Source: a virus (taxonomy: Duplodnaviria > Caudoviricetes). From it: DNA of 64,000 nt. The stretch spans positions 32,001 to 96,000 of IMG/VR virus record IMGVR_UViG_3300043447_000395; one strand, 5' to 3'. Position 1 is the first letter of the stretch. The number at the start of each line of letters is the position of its first letter. The position numbers and the translations under genes are program-made. This document shows positions 10,299 through 19,881 of the stretch, piece by piece. The notes beneath the pieces are model-generated. The model did no database searches, had not been told where the DNA came from, and was given only the letters and a program-made list of their open reading frames with translations.

Positions 10299-11016
10299 TT
10301 ATTTAGATGAAGGTGCCTATGTAGGTAACATAATGGATTTTATTAATGATGACGAATATAACGAAATGTTATCAGTGATTGAAAAGGTAAAAGAATATGC
10401 AACTATAAATCGTGAAACTGAATTGTATTGTCGATATATGATTAATGGTGATAATAGTAATTATGAACACAAAATACCATTAAGTGAAGTCGATTCAAGA
10501 GATTTATATATAAAAGAAAATAATTTTACAATTTTTCAAAAATGGTATGAGTTTTCAATTAAAACAGAACCGGAAAAACCAGACCTTTTCGAATTTTTCA
10601 TAAAGTTCTGTAAAAGAATCTTAAATCATTTTTATCCCAACTATGAAATTAATTATAATGCGAGAACCGGTGGCTTCACTTTATATGAAGATGGTCATTT
10701 TATTATCGACCATAAAGATGGTAACAACGTTGGTCGTGTTTGTGTAATTATTCTTTATCTTTCCCCTGAATCCGAGTATAATAATGATGGAGGTGGAGAA
10801 TTAGTTGTTAAAACTAATTCACATAAACTATACACAATTAAACCAATTTTAGGTACATTTAGTTTATTAGATTTTTCCGAAAATGACATTCATCATCAGG
10901 TAAACATGGTTAAAAATGGTTTCAAAAGATACGCATTTATTAACTTTTTTAATCTTAAAGAAGGTCAAGAATTTATTGTTAGGGAAGACAAAGCGGATCA
11001 CACAAAATTAATCTAA
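10264..11016 (+). CDS. 2OG-Fe(II) oxygenase, paralog of 3046..3870
   Basis: HKDG, GRVCVIILY, GGGEL, H.VNMVKN.F.R.A. Confidence 0.75.
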   Translation: MYMNSTPIQPNDYLDEGAYVGNIMDFINDDEYNEMLSVIEKVKEYATINRETELYCRYMINGDNSNYEHKIPLSEVDSRDLYIKENNFTIFQKWYEFSIKTEPEKPDLFEFFIKFCKRILNHFYPNYEINYNARTGGFTLYEDGHFIIDHKDGNNVGRVCVIILYLSPESEYNNDGGGELVVKTNSHKLYTIKPILGTFSLLDFSENDIHHQVNMVKNGFKRYAFINFFNLKEGQEFIVREDKADHTKLI

Positions 11017-11048
11017 TATAATTTAAACTATAATTTTAAAAACAAAGA

Positions 11049-12023
11049 ATGAACAAAGATGTCAAGATTTTAATCACCGGAGGTTCGGGGTTAGTAGGTC
11101 AAAATTTAACCGAAAGATTAATTAACGAAGGTTATACTAATTTAAGAGTTAACTTACATAAAAGAGGTGTTAGAATTGAATATGACGGTGTTGAATATAC
11201 ACATCATGATTTACAAACATATCAAGGGTGTCGTGAAGCAACTGAAGGTGTAAATGTAGTATTTCATGCTGCTGCTTCAACATCAAATGCCGTAGATACT
11301 GTCGTTGATCCATTAGCACATGTAACACCTAATGTTGCAATGAATAACTTTTTAATTGATGCATCATGGAGAAGTGGTGTTGAACATTACATATTTATAT
11401 CGTCGAATACTGTGTATCCACCAAAAGGTGATGAACCTGTTGTTGAAAGTGATTTCTTATTTGATGAACCTTACCCCGTTTACTTCCCTGTTGGTTGGAT
11501 GAAACGTTACGCTGAGGTTCAATGTGAACTCTACGCAAAATACTTACCTCGAACAATGAAGTGTACTGTTATTAGACCAGCAAATTTGTTTGGTCCACAC
11601 GATAAATACGATTTCAACAAGTGTCACGTAACCCCTGCAACAATTCGTAAAGTTGCCGATAAGATGAATCCAATACCAGTATGGGGTGATGGTACTGAAT
11701 TAAGAGATTTATTATATGTTGGTGATTTTGTCGAAGCGTTACAAGTGGTAATGGAAAAAGAAACAGAAATGTTCCAAACATATAATATTGGTTCTAATGA
11801 AGTTCACTCAGTGCTAGAAGTTTTGGATTTAATGAAAACGATTGCTGAATACGATGCACCTACAGAATTTATCAGTGGTAAACCGTCAATGATTCCAACA
11901 CGTAAAATCGATTCTAATAAGATTAAAGAAAAATTAGGTTGGGAATCTACCACATCATTGGCAATTGGATTAAAGAAAGCCTACGATTGGTATAACGAAA
12001 ACAAAAGTGAATTTAATAAATAA
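11049..12023 (+). CDS. NDP-sugar epimerase/reductase (GDP-L-fucose synthase-like SDR)
   Basis: TGGSGLVG, RPANLFGPHD, HVTPATIRK, WGDGTELRDLLY. Confidence 0.87.
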   Translation: MNKDVKILITGGSGLVGQNLTERLINEGYTNLRVNLHKRGVRIEYDGVEYTHHDLQTYQGCREATEGVNVVFHAAASTSNAVDTVVDPLAHVTPNVAMNNFLIDASWRSGVEHYIFISSNTVYPPKGDEPVVESDFLFDEPYPVYFPVGWMKRYAEVQCELYAKYLPRTMKCTVIRPANLFGPHDKYDFNKCHVTPATIRKVADKMNPIPVWGDGTELRDLLYVGDFVEALQVVMEKETEMFQTYNIGSNEVHSVLEVLDLMKTIAEYDAPTEFISGKPSMIPTRKIDSNKIKEKLGWESTTSLAIGLKKAYDWYNENKSEFNK

Positions 12024-13159
12024 TGTGGTTAGAATCACAGAAATATCATTTACATATTGAACTAACATCTAAGTGCAATTCGGCTTGTCCGAATTGTCCT
12101 AGATTTGTTATGGGTTCCACAAAGTTAAATCCAGCAGTTTCATTAGGTGAAATCAAATTAAAAGACATCAAGAAATGGTTTAGTGTTGATTTCATTAAAA
12201 AAATTGGTAGTATAAACTTTTGTGGTAACTTAGGTGACCCTACGAATTGTACTGAGATGAATGAAATTGTTGAATACTTTTATAAGAACAACAATCAAAT
12301 CATGATTGAAATACATACCAATGGTGGAGCCAGAAATGTTGATTTTTGGAAAAAATTAGGTGAACTCTCTAAAATTGCTGGTGACAATATTTTAGTCATT
12401 TTTAGTGTAGATGGATTAGAAGAAACTAACCACATTTACAGAAGAAATGTTAAGTGGGAAAAACTTGTAGAGAACATTACCACATATACAAGTAACGGTG
12501 GCTATGCCATATGGGAATTCTTATTATTTGCACATAACGAACATGAAATCTATTTGGCCAAATATAAATCTAAAGAATATGGTTTTAGACATATTAGATT
12601 TAAAAGAGCCGCAGGTTTTGAAGACTACTTAAATAGTAGAACAGTACCTATGGGTGTCTACGATAAAGAGGGTAATTTAGAATATGTTATCGAACCATCT
12701 GTTGATTATCCTAATTCATCACTACCATATGTTGGTAATCAGTGTACTCCTCCAAGTAAAGTAAACTTAGACATTTATAATTATAATTTTAATCGTTTAG
12801 ATTACGAAGAGTATTCGATTTTTAAAAATAATAAGATTACTTGTAAATCATTAAAACCTAATGGTGAGATTGAAGTATTTTTAAGTTATAAAGGTGAGAT
12901 AAGACCTTGTTGTTTTATTGGTGTTGATTTGGATAAACACTCTTTAGGTGGTTACAATACCCAATTAAAAGAAATATTTAATTATGACTGTAATTTAAAC
13001 ACCAATAGTTTAGATAATATTTTAGAATTTTTTGATAAAAAAATAAAAGATAAATGGAATGATACATTTGAAAATGGTAAATGTATAAAATGTAGTATGA
13101 CATGTGGTATATCCTCACAAATCGATCATTCGAGATTATATAATGATATTGAAATATAA
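12023..13159 (+). CDS. Radical SAM protein with C-terminal SPASM/twitch domain
   Basis: CNSACPNC, GDP, TNG, FSVDG, PCC, CxxCxxxC. Confidence 0.88.
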   Translation: MWLESQKYHLHIELTSKCNSACPNCPRFVMGSTKLNPAVSLGEIKLKDIKKWFSVDFIKKIGSINFCGNLGDPTNCTEMNEIVEYFYKNNNQIMIEIHTNGGARNVDFWKKLGELSKIAGDNILVIFSVDGLEETNHIYRRNVKWEKLVENITTYTSNGGYAIWEFLLFAHNEHEIYLAKYKSKEYGFRHIRFKRAAGFEDYLNSRTVPMGVYDKEGNLEYVIEPSVDYPNSSLPYVGNQCTPPSKVNLDIYNYNFNRLDYEEYSIFKNNKITCKSLKPNGEIEVFLSYKGEIRPCCFIGVDLDKHSLGGYNTQLKEIFNYDCNLNTNSLDNILEFFDKKIKDKWNDTFENGKCIKCSMTCGISSQIDHSRLYNDIEI

Positions 13160-13162
13160 ATT

Positions 13163-14155
13163 ATGAAAACAAAATCAGATAAAGTTTACAAAGGAATGGT
13201 TTTCGCAGGCTGTTCTTTTACTTGGGGTCAAGGATTGTATTATTACTCTAATCTACCGACATTACAAGAACCCCCACCAGATGCTTATAACTCACAATTG
13301 GTAACTCATTCACATAATGCATATAGAAAAACATTATATTTTCCGAGATTAGTTGCTAATCACTTTAACACTTTTGAAGTTTCGATGATTCAAAATGGTG
13401 GTTCAGAACAAACATCATTAGATTATTTAAAATGTGTTCACGGAATTGCGGAACCTAACACTGGATTTTATACAATGAACCATTCATTTGATGAAATCGA
13501 ATACATTGTATTTCAAACATCACAACCACAAAGAAATACCCATTACTATGTGTATCAATCACCATATGATGGTAATGAATATGAATTATCAGAATTTAGA
13601 ACATATTCACCTGATACACATGATAAGTTTTACAAATATCTTGCTCATCAGAAAAAAACATACTTTGATGAATGGTATAATGAACACATGAAAACTTGGG
13701 TTCGTATATTAAAACATAATTTACAATTTTACGAATCTAAAGGTATTAAAACATTAATCGTGAATTGGGAGGCGGAATACTTACCTTTTATTAATGAAGA
13801 TGAATGGTTATCAAAAAGAAGTATTGGTCTCGAATTTGAAGGTAAAGAATACACTTGTATTAGACAATTAATGAATGAGAATAGATTCTTACACATTAAT
13901 AGTGATGAGGAACATTTTGAGGATACTCCTAAAGATCATCACCCATCAAAACAATGTCACAGAATTATCGCAGATAATATCATTAAAAAAATTGAGTCTA
14001 AGGACATCGTTTACGGTGACATGTTAGGTAAAAACATCGAACATTTAGAATACGACACAATCGTCGACAACATTTATAGTGACCGTGTCACATATAATCC
14101 TAAAACAAGAAAAATAGAAAAAAAAGAAGATAATGGTACAAACAAGCTCATATAA
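13163..14155 (+). CDS. SGNH-like protein
   Basis: AGCSFTWG, NGGS, DHHPS. Confidence 0.7.
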   Translation: MKTKSDKVYKGMVFAGCSFTWGQGLYYYSNLPTLQEPPPDAYNSQLVTHSHNAYRKTLYFPRLVANHFNTFEVSMIQNGGSEQTSLDYLKCVHGIAEPNTGFYTMNHSFDEIEYIVFQTSQPQRNTHYYVYQSPYDGNEYELSEFRTYSPDTHDKFYKYLAHQKKTYFDEWYNEHMKTWVRILKHNLQFYESKGIKTLIVNWEAEYLPFINEDEWLSKRSIGLEFEGKEYTCIRQLMNENRFLHINSDEEHFEDTPKDHHPSKQCHRIIADNIIKKIESKDIVYGDMLGKNIEHLEYDTIVDNIYSDRVTYNPKTRKIEKKEDNGTNKLI

Positions 14156-14672
14156 AGACGCATTAACTAATTCAATGACATATCTTGGTCAACAACCAGA
14201 TACGGTCTTTATCGGTCAACAAGTTCTTTGGCACGGTAATCCAATGAGTACTACTATTGGTGAAGTTCCAAAAGACAAATTAATTGAGGTTCCGGTAATG
14301 GAAGAATCACAAATGGGTATGTCATTAGGCATGGCGATGACTGGACAATTTGTTATCACATTTTACCCGAGATGGGATTTTTTAATCTGTGCAACAAATC
14401 AATTAGTTAATCATGTTGATAAAATTAATTTAATGAGTCAAGGTAAATGGAATCCTAATATGATTATTAGATTAGGTAAGGGTTCAGATAAACCTTTAGA
14501 CCCAGGTCATCAACATAGAGGTAATTACTTTGACGAGTTTAAGTCTATGTGTCCTAACATTAAATTCCACGATTTGAAAGACGATAAAGAAATCGAATCG
14601 ATTTATAAAAATGTTTACTCTGAGGGTGGTATTCATGTAATTGTTGAATACCCTGAGTTATATTACGTATAA
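14133..14672 (+). CDS. TPP-dependent E1 beta / transketolase pyrimidine-binding domain only
   Basis: FIGQ, EVPVMEESQMGMSLGMA, DFLICATNQLVNH, GHQH. Confidence 0.85.
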   Translation: MVQTSSYKDALTNSMTYLGQQPDTVFIGQQVLWHGNPMSTTIGEVPKDKLIEVPVMEESQMGMSLGMAMTGQFVITFYPRWDFLICATNQLVNHVDKINLMSQGKWNPNMIIRLGKGSDKPLDPGHQHRGNYFDEFKSMCPNIKFHDLKDDKEIESIYKNVYSEGGIHVIVEYPELYYV

Positions 14673-14680
14673 AATAAGTT

Positions 14681-15568
14681 ATGGTAAAACATTTAATTAC
14701 AGGTGGTTGTAGTTTTAGTCATTCGGGTGCGGTGAGTGAAACATGGTTAGGTTCGTTAGTTGATTGGATGAAAGAAAAAAATCCTGAATTGACTTTCGAA
14801 CATACGGGTTATTCAAGTAATGGTCAAGATTTAATTCAGAAGAAGGTTATGTTATCATTATCTGAAGCACTTGATTCAGGTTTAAATCCTGATGAAATTT
14901 TAGTAGTTGTAATGTGGAGCGGGACCTTTCGTAAAGCTTGGTACATCGATAATCCATATGTGATTAAAGAAATGACAAACGAATGGTTAAAGTTTGTCGG
15001 TGGCATGTCAAGTCAATTTTTGGATTTAAAAAATAGTGTAGGTGATAATCCTAATTATTTCTACACCAAGAATGGTAGTAAATTTGAATACAACGCTAAG
15101 GGAGGTTGGTATTTTACTGTAAACGGTAGTGATTGTAAATTAGACTTTGTCCAAACACATTATCTTTTAGATGGTGATATGTATAATGGAATTGGTAAAA
15201 TACATTCAAGTTTAGAGAACATCGTAATGCTTCAAAATTATTGTAAATTAAAAAATGTTAAGTTAATTAATCAGTTTTTTATGGACCACGTTTTTGAAGA
15301 CATCGAAAAGAATAAAGAACACCAATTGATAAACTACTTATACAATCAATTAGATTTTGATAATATGATTGTGGAAGGTATGTTTGAATATCTTCATACT
15401 CTATTAGGGATTGAAAGAAAGGATTCAATTAATGTTACTCATGAAGGTAGATTAGAAATTGATAAGGACACCAAATACTTTAATAAAGATGGGTTTCATC
15501 CTAGTAGATACGGTGCAGACTTATGGTGTCAGAATAATTTATTCCCCTTTTTAAATAATAAAATATAA
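14681..15568 (+). CDS. SGNH-like protein
   Basis: GGCSFS, VVVMWSG, DGFHPS. Confidence 0.7.
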   Translation: MVKHLITGGCSFSHSGAVSETWLGSLVDWMKEKNPELTFEHTGYSSNGQDLIQKKVMLSLSEALDSGLNPDEILVVVMWSGTFRKAWYIDNPYVIKEMTNEWLKFVGGMSSQFLDLKNSVGDNPNYFYTKNGSKFEYNAKGGWYFTVNGSDCKLDFVQTHYLLDGDMYNGIGKIHSSLENIVMLQNYCKLKNVKLINQFFMDHVFEDIEKNKEHQLINYLYNQLDFDNMIVEGMFEYLHTLLGIERKDSINVTHEGRLEIDKDTKYFNKDGFHPSRYGADLWCQNNLFPFLNNKI

Positions 15569-16371
15569 TGAATAAGAAAAGGTTTTTTTCTTTTGGTTGT
15601 AGTTTTACTAAAGATTGGGGATGTCCAACATGGTCCGATTTTATTGGTATTCAATTCGATGAATATTATAATTTAGCAATGCCGGGGTCGTCAAATACTT
15701 TAATAATGCAGAGGTTTATTGAAAGTGACCTTTTTTATAATTTCAATAAAGATACTGACGTCATAATGATTGCCATAAGTGGATTAGGCAGAGTGAGTTT
15801 TCCTGTGACAAAATATAATGATCACGTAAAAAAAGATATGGACCATTTTTATAGTAGAGGTGATATTGATTCGTGTACATCAAGTGACAGTGATACTCCC
15901 GAAATACTTGAAATTGTTGATTTTGTTAAAACTAAATTTCATAAAAAAAGATATAGTGTTTTTGATTCATTCATTGCCGTTAAAGTAATGAAAGATTTGT
16001 TAACCTCAAAGGGTATTGAACATAAGATTATTGCAGCATTGGATTATAAAATATATATCGACAATGCTGAAGTATATGGTATTGATTACCAATTAAAATC
16101 TTACTTAGTTAAACTACAAGATATGTTAGACATAAAGGAATCAATAAATGAATTTGATGATTTTTCAGAACATCATCCCATACCAAAAACATATTACTCT
16201 TTTTTGGAGAAACATTTACCTGAATATATTGGTCAAAAATCTTTAGAATTATTGAATGCCGATTATGGGGATAATTTTAATAAGTGGATAATAGGGAAAT
16301 ATCCTGATTATCAAATGTTAAATGAATTTGACGCCACCAATCACCCGACATTTTGTTTTGGGTATTTTTAA
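15568..16371 (+). CDS. SGNH-like protein
   Basis: FGCSFT, PTWSD, NLAMPGSSN, EHHP. Confidence 0.68.
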   Translation: MNKKRFFSFGCSFTKDWGCPTWSDFIGIQFDEYYNLAMPGSSNTLIMQRFIESDLFYNFNKDTDVIMIAISGLGRVSFPVTKYNDHVKKDMDHFYSRGDIDSCTSSDSDTPEILEIVDFVKTKFHKKRYSVFDSFIAVKVMKDLLTSKGIEHKIIAALDYKIYIDNAEVYGIDYQLKSYLVKLQDMLDIKESINEFDDFSEHHPIPKTYYSFLEKHLPEYIGQKSLELLNADYGDNFNKWIIGKYPDYQMLNEFDATNHPTFCFGYF

Positions 16372-17180
16372 AAGTTAGGTCTGTTTTTTTGTAAATTACT
16401 AACTATCAAACCAGTTAAATAATCGTCTTTAGTGTAATATCCGTCATGGTTTATATTTTCGGTATATCTTAATATTGTATCAAAAACTACTGCCATATAA
16501 TAATTACCATATCTACCATAGTGACGGTCTTCTATTTTCCCGTTCGTTTCTTGTTCAATGGTTAGAAGATTATGTTCAGGTATAATGTCCTTATAAAAGT
16601 CATTATCTATCTCCCAAACAAAATATTTTTCCTTTTCAAAAATAACATTGTGTTGAGCAATTGGTGCCCAAACAATTGGTTTATAGTTGTTATGTAATTG
16701 AATTAGATAATTCATAAAAGGGACAGTATTCCTTCTTAAATAACCGTGTGGGTTGTCAACACTCTCCATCCTATATAATGTTTGGTCATATAAGATTTTA
16801 GTTTTTATATTGGTATCGTAATCTGGTTGTGCACCGCCAGTAATAACCATATTATTACCTCTTTTCCCTATCCAATTATATCTATTTAAACCTGTCCAAT
16901 TTAAAATTATTCTGTCTCCTATATTGAAGTTTAAACCAATTTCAGCAAATTGATTAAATATTGAATAATTTGAACATCCCGTCTGCGCCAAATTATTAAT
17001 CTCGTGACCCCATAACTTAAGATAATCACTCCAATGTAAAGGGTCGGTGATTTTATTTTCCCTTAATAATTTAATATACCTGTAAATCCCATCAGTTGAT
17101 TCAATGCCATTATTTAATTTATTAATTGATTCTGTAAATATATTATCACTAAACGAATCACCTAATATATGTAGTCTCAT
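16368..17180 (-). CDS. SGNH-like protein
   Basis: LGDSFS, NLAQTGCSN, DRHYG. Confidence 0.68.
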   Translation of the reverse strand: MRLHILGDSFSDNIFTESINKLNNGIESTDGIYRYIKLLRENKITDPLHWSDYLKLWGHEINNLAQTGCSNYSIFNQFAEIGLNFNIGDRIILNWTGLNRYNWIGKRGNNMVITGGAQPDYDTNIKTKILYDQTLYRMESVDNPHGYLRRNTVPFMNYLIQLHNNYKPIVWAPIAQHNVIFEKEKYFVWEIDNDFYKDIIPEHNLLTIEQETNGKIEDRHYGRYGNYYMAVVFDTILRYTENINHDGYYTKDDYLTGLIVSNLQKNRPNF

Positions 17181-17183
17181 AAA

Positions 17184-17981
17184 TTATAATTCAATGATGT
17201 TATGAGGTGTTGTTTTTATTTTCTCTTCTATTTTTGAAATTAATTCCGAATCTTTTGTGTAGTATCCGTCATGTTCAATATCATCAGTGTGTTCTAAAAT
17301 TGTATTAAAAATTAATGCGGTGTAGAAATTACCATACCTACCATAATGTTGATCATTTATTTTCCCACTTGTTTCTTCATTAATTTCCAATCTACTATAT
17401 TCCGGTATAATATTTTCAAAAATAGGATCCTTGACATTCCAAATAAATCTTTTTTGATTTTCTATAATTTTGGAAATGTTTTCAAAAGGGGACCAAATAA
17501 TTGGTTTCTTGTTCGTGTAGTTTTCAACAAAAAAAGAAATGAAATCCAAAGTTCTATTTTTTAAAATTTGACTACGTTCCCTATTTAATCCTTGTTCAAC
17601 TAAAATTTCATCAATTGTGGTCAATTTAGAATTTGGAGGCATTCCTCCTGTAAATGTTCTTACAATATTCTTTTCACAATACCAATCAAATCTAACAAAT
17701 CCGGTCCAATTTATTATAATTCTATCAAACGGTTTTTTAATTTGTGTAAACTGATGAAAGATAGATTCATTCGAACATCCTCCCTGACCTAAATTAATAA
17801 CTTCGTGTCCCCATAGTTTTAAATAATCTTCAAAATAAAGTGGGTCAGGTAAATTTTTACTCTTTATTAATTTGACATATTCATTAAGTTGTCCTTCACT
17901 ATGTGTACCATTTTTAATTGCATTTATTTCATATTTAAATAAATTGTCAGTAAAAGAATCGCCTAAAACATATATTTTCAT
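17184..17981 (-). CDS. SGNH-like protein, tandem paralog of 16368..17180
   Basis: LGDSFT, YLKLWGHE, GCSN, DQHYGRYGN, HDGYYTKD. Confidence 0.68.
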   Translation of the reverse strand: MKIYVLGDSFTDNLFKYEINAIKNGTHSEGQLNEYVKLIKSKNLPDPLYFEDYLKLWGHEVINLGQGGCSNESIFHQFTQIKKPFDRIIINWTGFVRFDWYCEKNIVRTFTGGMPPNSKLTTIDEILVEQGLNRERSQILKNRTLDFISFFVENYTNKKPIIWSPFENISKIIENQKRFIWNVKDPIFENIIPEYSRLEINEETSGKINDQHYGRYGNFYTALIFNTILEHTDDIEHDGYYTKDSELISKIEEKIKTTPHNIIEL

Positions 17982-18406
17982 TAACCTAAATTTTCTTCAC
18001 TACCCCAACTTATGTTCCAGTCTTTGAATTCAGCGGCTAAACAGTCAATTTTATAATCTTTTCTACCGCCCATCACTTCTTGGATTTTATTTTTAGCGGT
18101 GTTACGTATACCATTTAAACCGTGAGTTAACGCCAAAGCGTTTGGACCTTCTTTACCACTTCTGACGTTCGATTCGTTGTGCCAAATATGTAGATTCATT
18201 TGTGCAAGTACTATGATTGCTCTGATTTGTTCTCCGGTGATTCTACCATCAGTTTGACTTAATAGTAATTCGACATCATGAACAATATCAGCTATTTCTT
18301 GAGCATATTCTTCTTTATGGTCAGTAATAAACACTTCTTTTAGTTGTGAGATAGATAATCTATCAATCAATTCCGCCAATGTCGGTAGATATTTTCTTTG
18401 TTCCAT
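17981..18406 (-). CDS. Conserved helical protein of glycan clusters (DUF4254-like)
   Basis: TLAELIDRLSISQLK, NLHIWHNE, NGIRN. Confidence 0.45.
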   Translation of the reverse strand: MEQRKYLPTLAELIDRLSISQLKEVFITDHKEEYAQEIADIVHDVELLLSQTDGRITGEQIRAIIVLAQMNLHIWHNESNVRSGKEGPNALALTHGLNGIRNTAKNKIQEVMGGRKDYKIDCLAAEFKDWNISWGSEENLG

Positions 18407-18414
18407 ATTAATAA

Positions 18415-19863
18415 TTAGTTATTATTATTTTCTTTATCCGATATATATTCACCCGCCTCATAGTTAGTTATACTACCATCGTAAATTCCTCTATCAGGTA
18501 TGGTATTATCTATCTCAATAGCATCGAACCATTCTTTTAATTCAGGGAAAGTTTCGCCAAAGTTTTTATTTCTACGAATATCATATTGAGTGTAAAAACT
18601 TTTGAAATCGTGGAATTGTAAATCCTTTTCTAATTCTGTGGCGTTATGACCTCTATTTACTACCTCGATATAATCAATCAACCTTTCAATTTGTGATTTT
18701 TCATTAATACTGAACAAATCACTATCCTTATTTTCGTTGTACCAATTTTGTAACTTATTACGTAGAGTTAATTTAATTTCATCAGGTAACATTAATGGTG
18801 ACATGAAAGACGGCCATCTTAAGATATTTAAATCCATATTAGGTCTATGTGCTCCATATTTCTTTTTTAATGTTTTCATATCCTCAAAGAATTCAACGAT
18901 ACTAAACAAACAAAGACTATTAATCGTCATCATAATGGTCAGCGCTCTGAAATTGGCGTTTTCTAAGAATGTAACTAAGTTAGCTCTCCACGTTTTATAT
19001 TTCAAACCATCTCTAATGTATTCTGCGTGGTCACCATATGATTCATTACTTGTATATAAATCGAATTCTTTGATTTTTAATTCGTGAGTCGCATCAATTA
19101 ATTTATCTAATAATTTCTTACTTAAACCTAAATTAGAGTTAACTGCCAATCTTAAATTATTAGATGGATATTGTTTCATTGTTTCAATAAAACTCCAGAA
19201 ATTATAACTTTGTGATGGTTCTCCACCTGTTACTCTAACCTCTTGTAATGTTTGTGATAATTCAGGCCACCACTCTAAGAATGCCTTTACGTATGGATTG
19301 TTCTCACCATTCTTACCATATATTTCAGACCAAGAACCATCGCTTTGATATGCACCTGCACTACTTGTTTTAAACTTCTGATATGCTCCGTTAGTTTTAA
19401 TATCTTTACCCCATGTTGTACTATAACCAGCATTACAATAACTACATCCAAAGTTACACGTTCTATCGAAACTCACCTCAACAGTTTTTAACAACACATC
19501 TTGATCCCACGGGATATTTTTCAATGCAGAAATCTCTTCTTCCGTGTAAATTAAACTTTTAAACACTCTATCTGCAATGTTATTTCTACCGATGTCTTCC
19601 ACTTTCCAACAGTACGAACACTCTGCGGGTCTAATACCCGTCAACATCATACGACGCATTTCCTTCTTATGTTTTGTATTGTGAAGTGCGGATGGGTTAG
19701 TTTTAATTTCTTCTAAATCGATTGGGTGAGGTAATGGTAAGTGACATGAATTTGTATAACCATGACCTAAATGTAAACTTGCGTTGTACCATTTAGCAGC
19801 ACAAAAACTGCAACTCACTGAGTTCAAATGTTTATCTCTCCAATCTGCTAATTCGTTTGACAT
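18415..19863 (-). CDS. Radical SAM protein with N-terminal twitch/SPASM-like domain
   Basis: FCAAKW..SCH, CSYCW, core CNFGCSYC, TGGEP. Confidence 0.88.
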   Translation of the reverse strand: MSNELADWRDKHLNSVSCSFCAAKWYNASLHLGHGYTNSCHLPLPHPIDLEEIKTNPSALHNTKHKKEMRRMMLTGIRPAECSYCWKVEDIGRNNIADRVFKSLIYTEEEISALKNIPWDQDVLLKTVEVSFDRTCNFGCSYCNAGYSTTWGKDIKTNGAYQKFKTSSAGAYQSDGSWSEIYGKNGENNPYVKAFLEWWPELSQTLQEVRVTGGEPSQSYNFWSFIETMKQYPSNNLRLAVNSNLGLSKKLLDKLIDATHELKIKEFDLYTSNESYGDHAEYIRDGLKYKTWRANLVTFLENANFRALTIMMTINSLCLFSIVEFFEDMKTLKKKYGAHRPNMDLNILRWPSFMSPLMLPDEIKLTLRNKLQNWYNENKDSDLFSINEKSQIERLIDYIEVVNRGHNATELEKDLQFHDFKSFYTQYDIRRNKNFGETFPELKEWFDAIEIDNTIPDRGIYDGSITNYEAGEYISDKENNNN

Positions 19864-19881
19864 ATTTCTAATTTTTATATT

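Noticed and set aside
6055-14672. Pyruvate dehydrogenase complex as a central-metabolism auxiliary gene
   Set aside because: Subunits are truncated and separated, there is no E2 or E3 in the window, and the context is nucleotide-sugar synthesis
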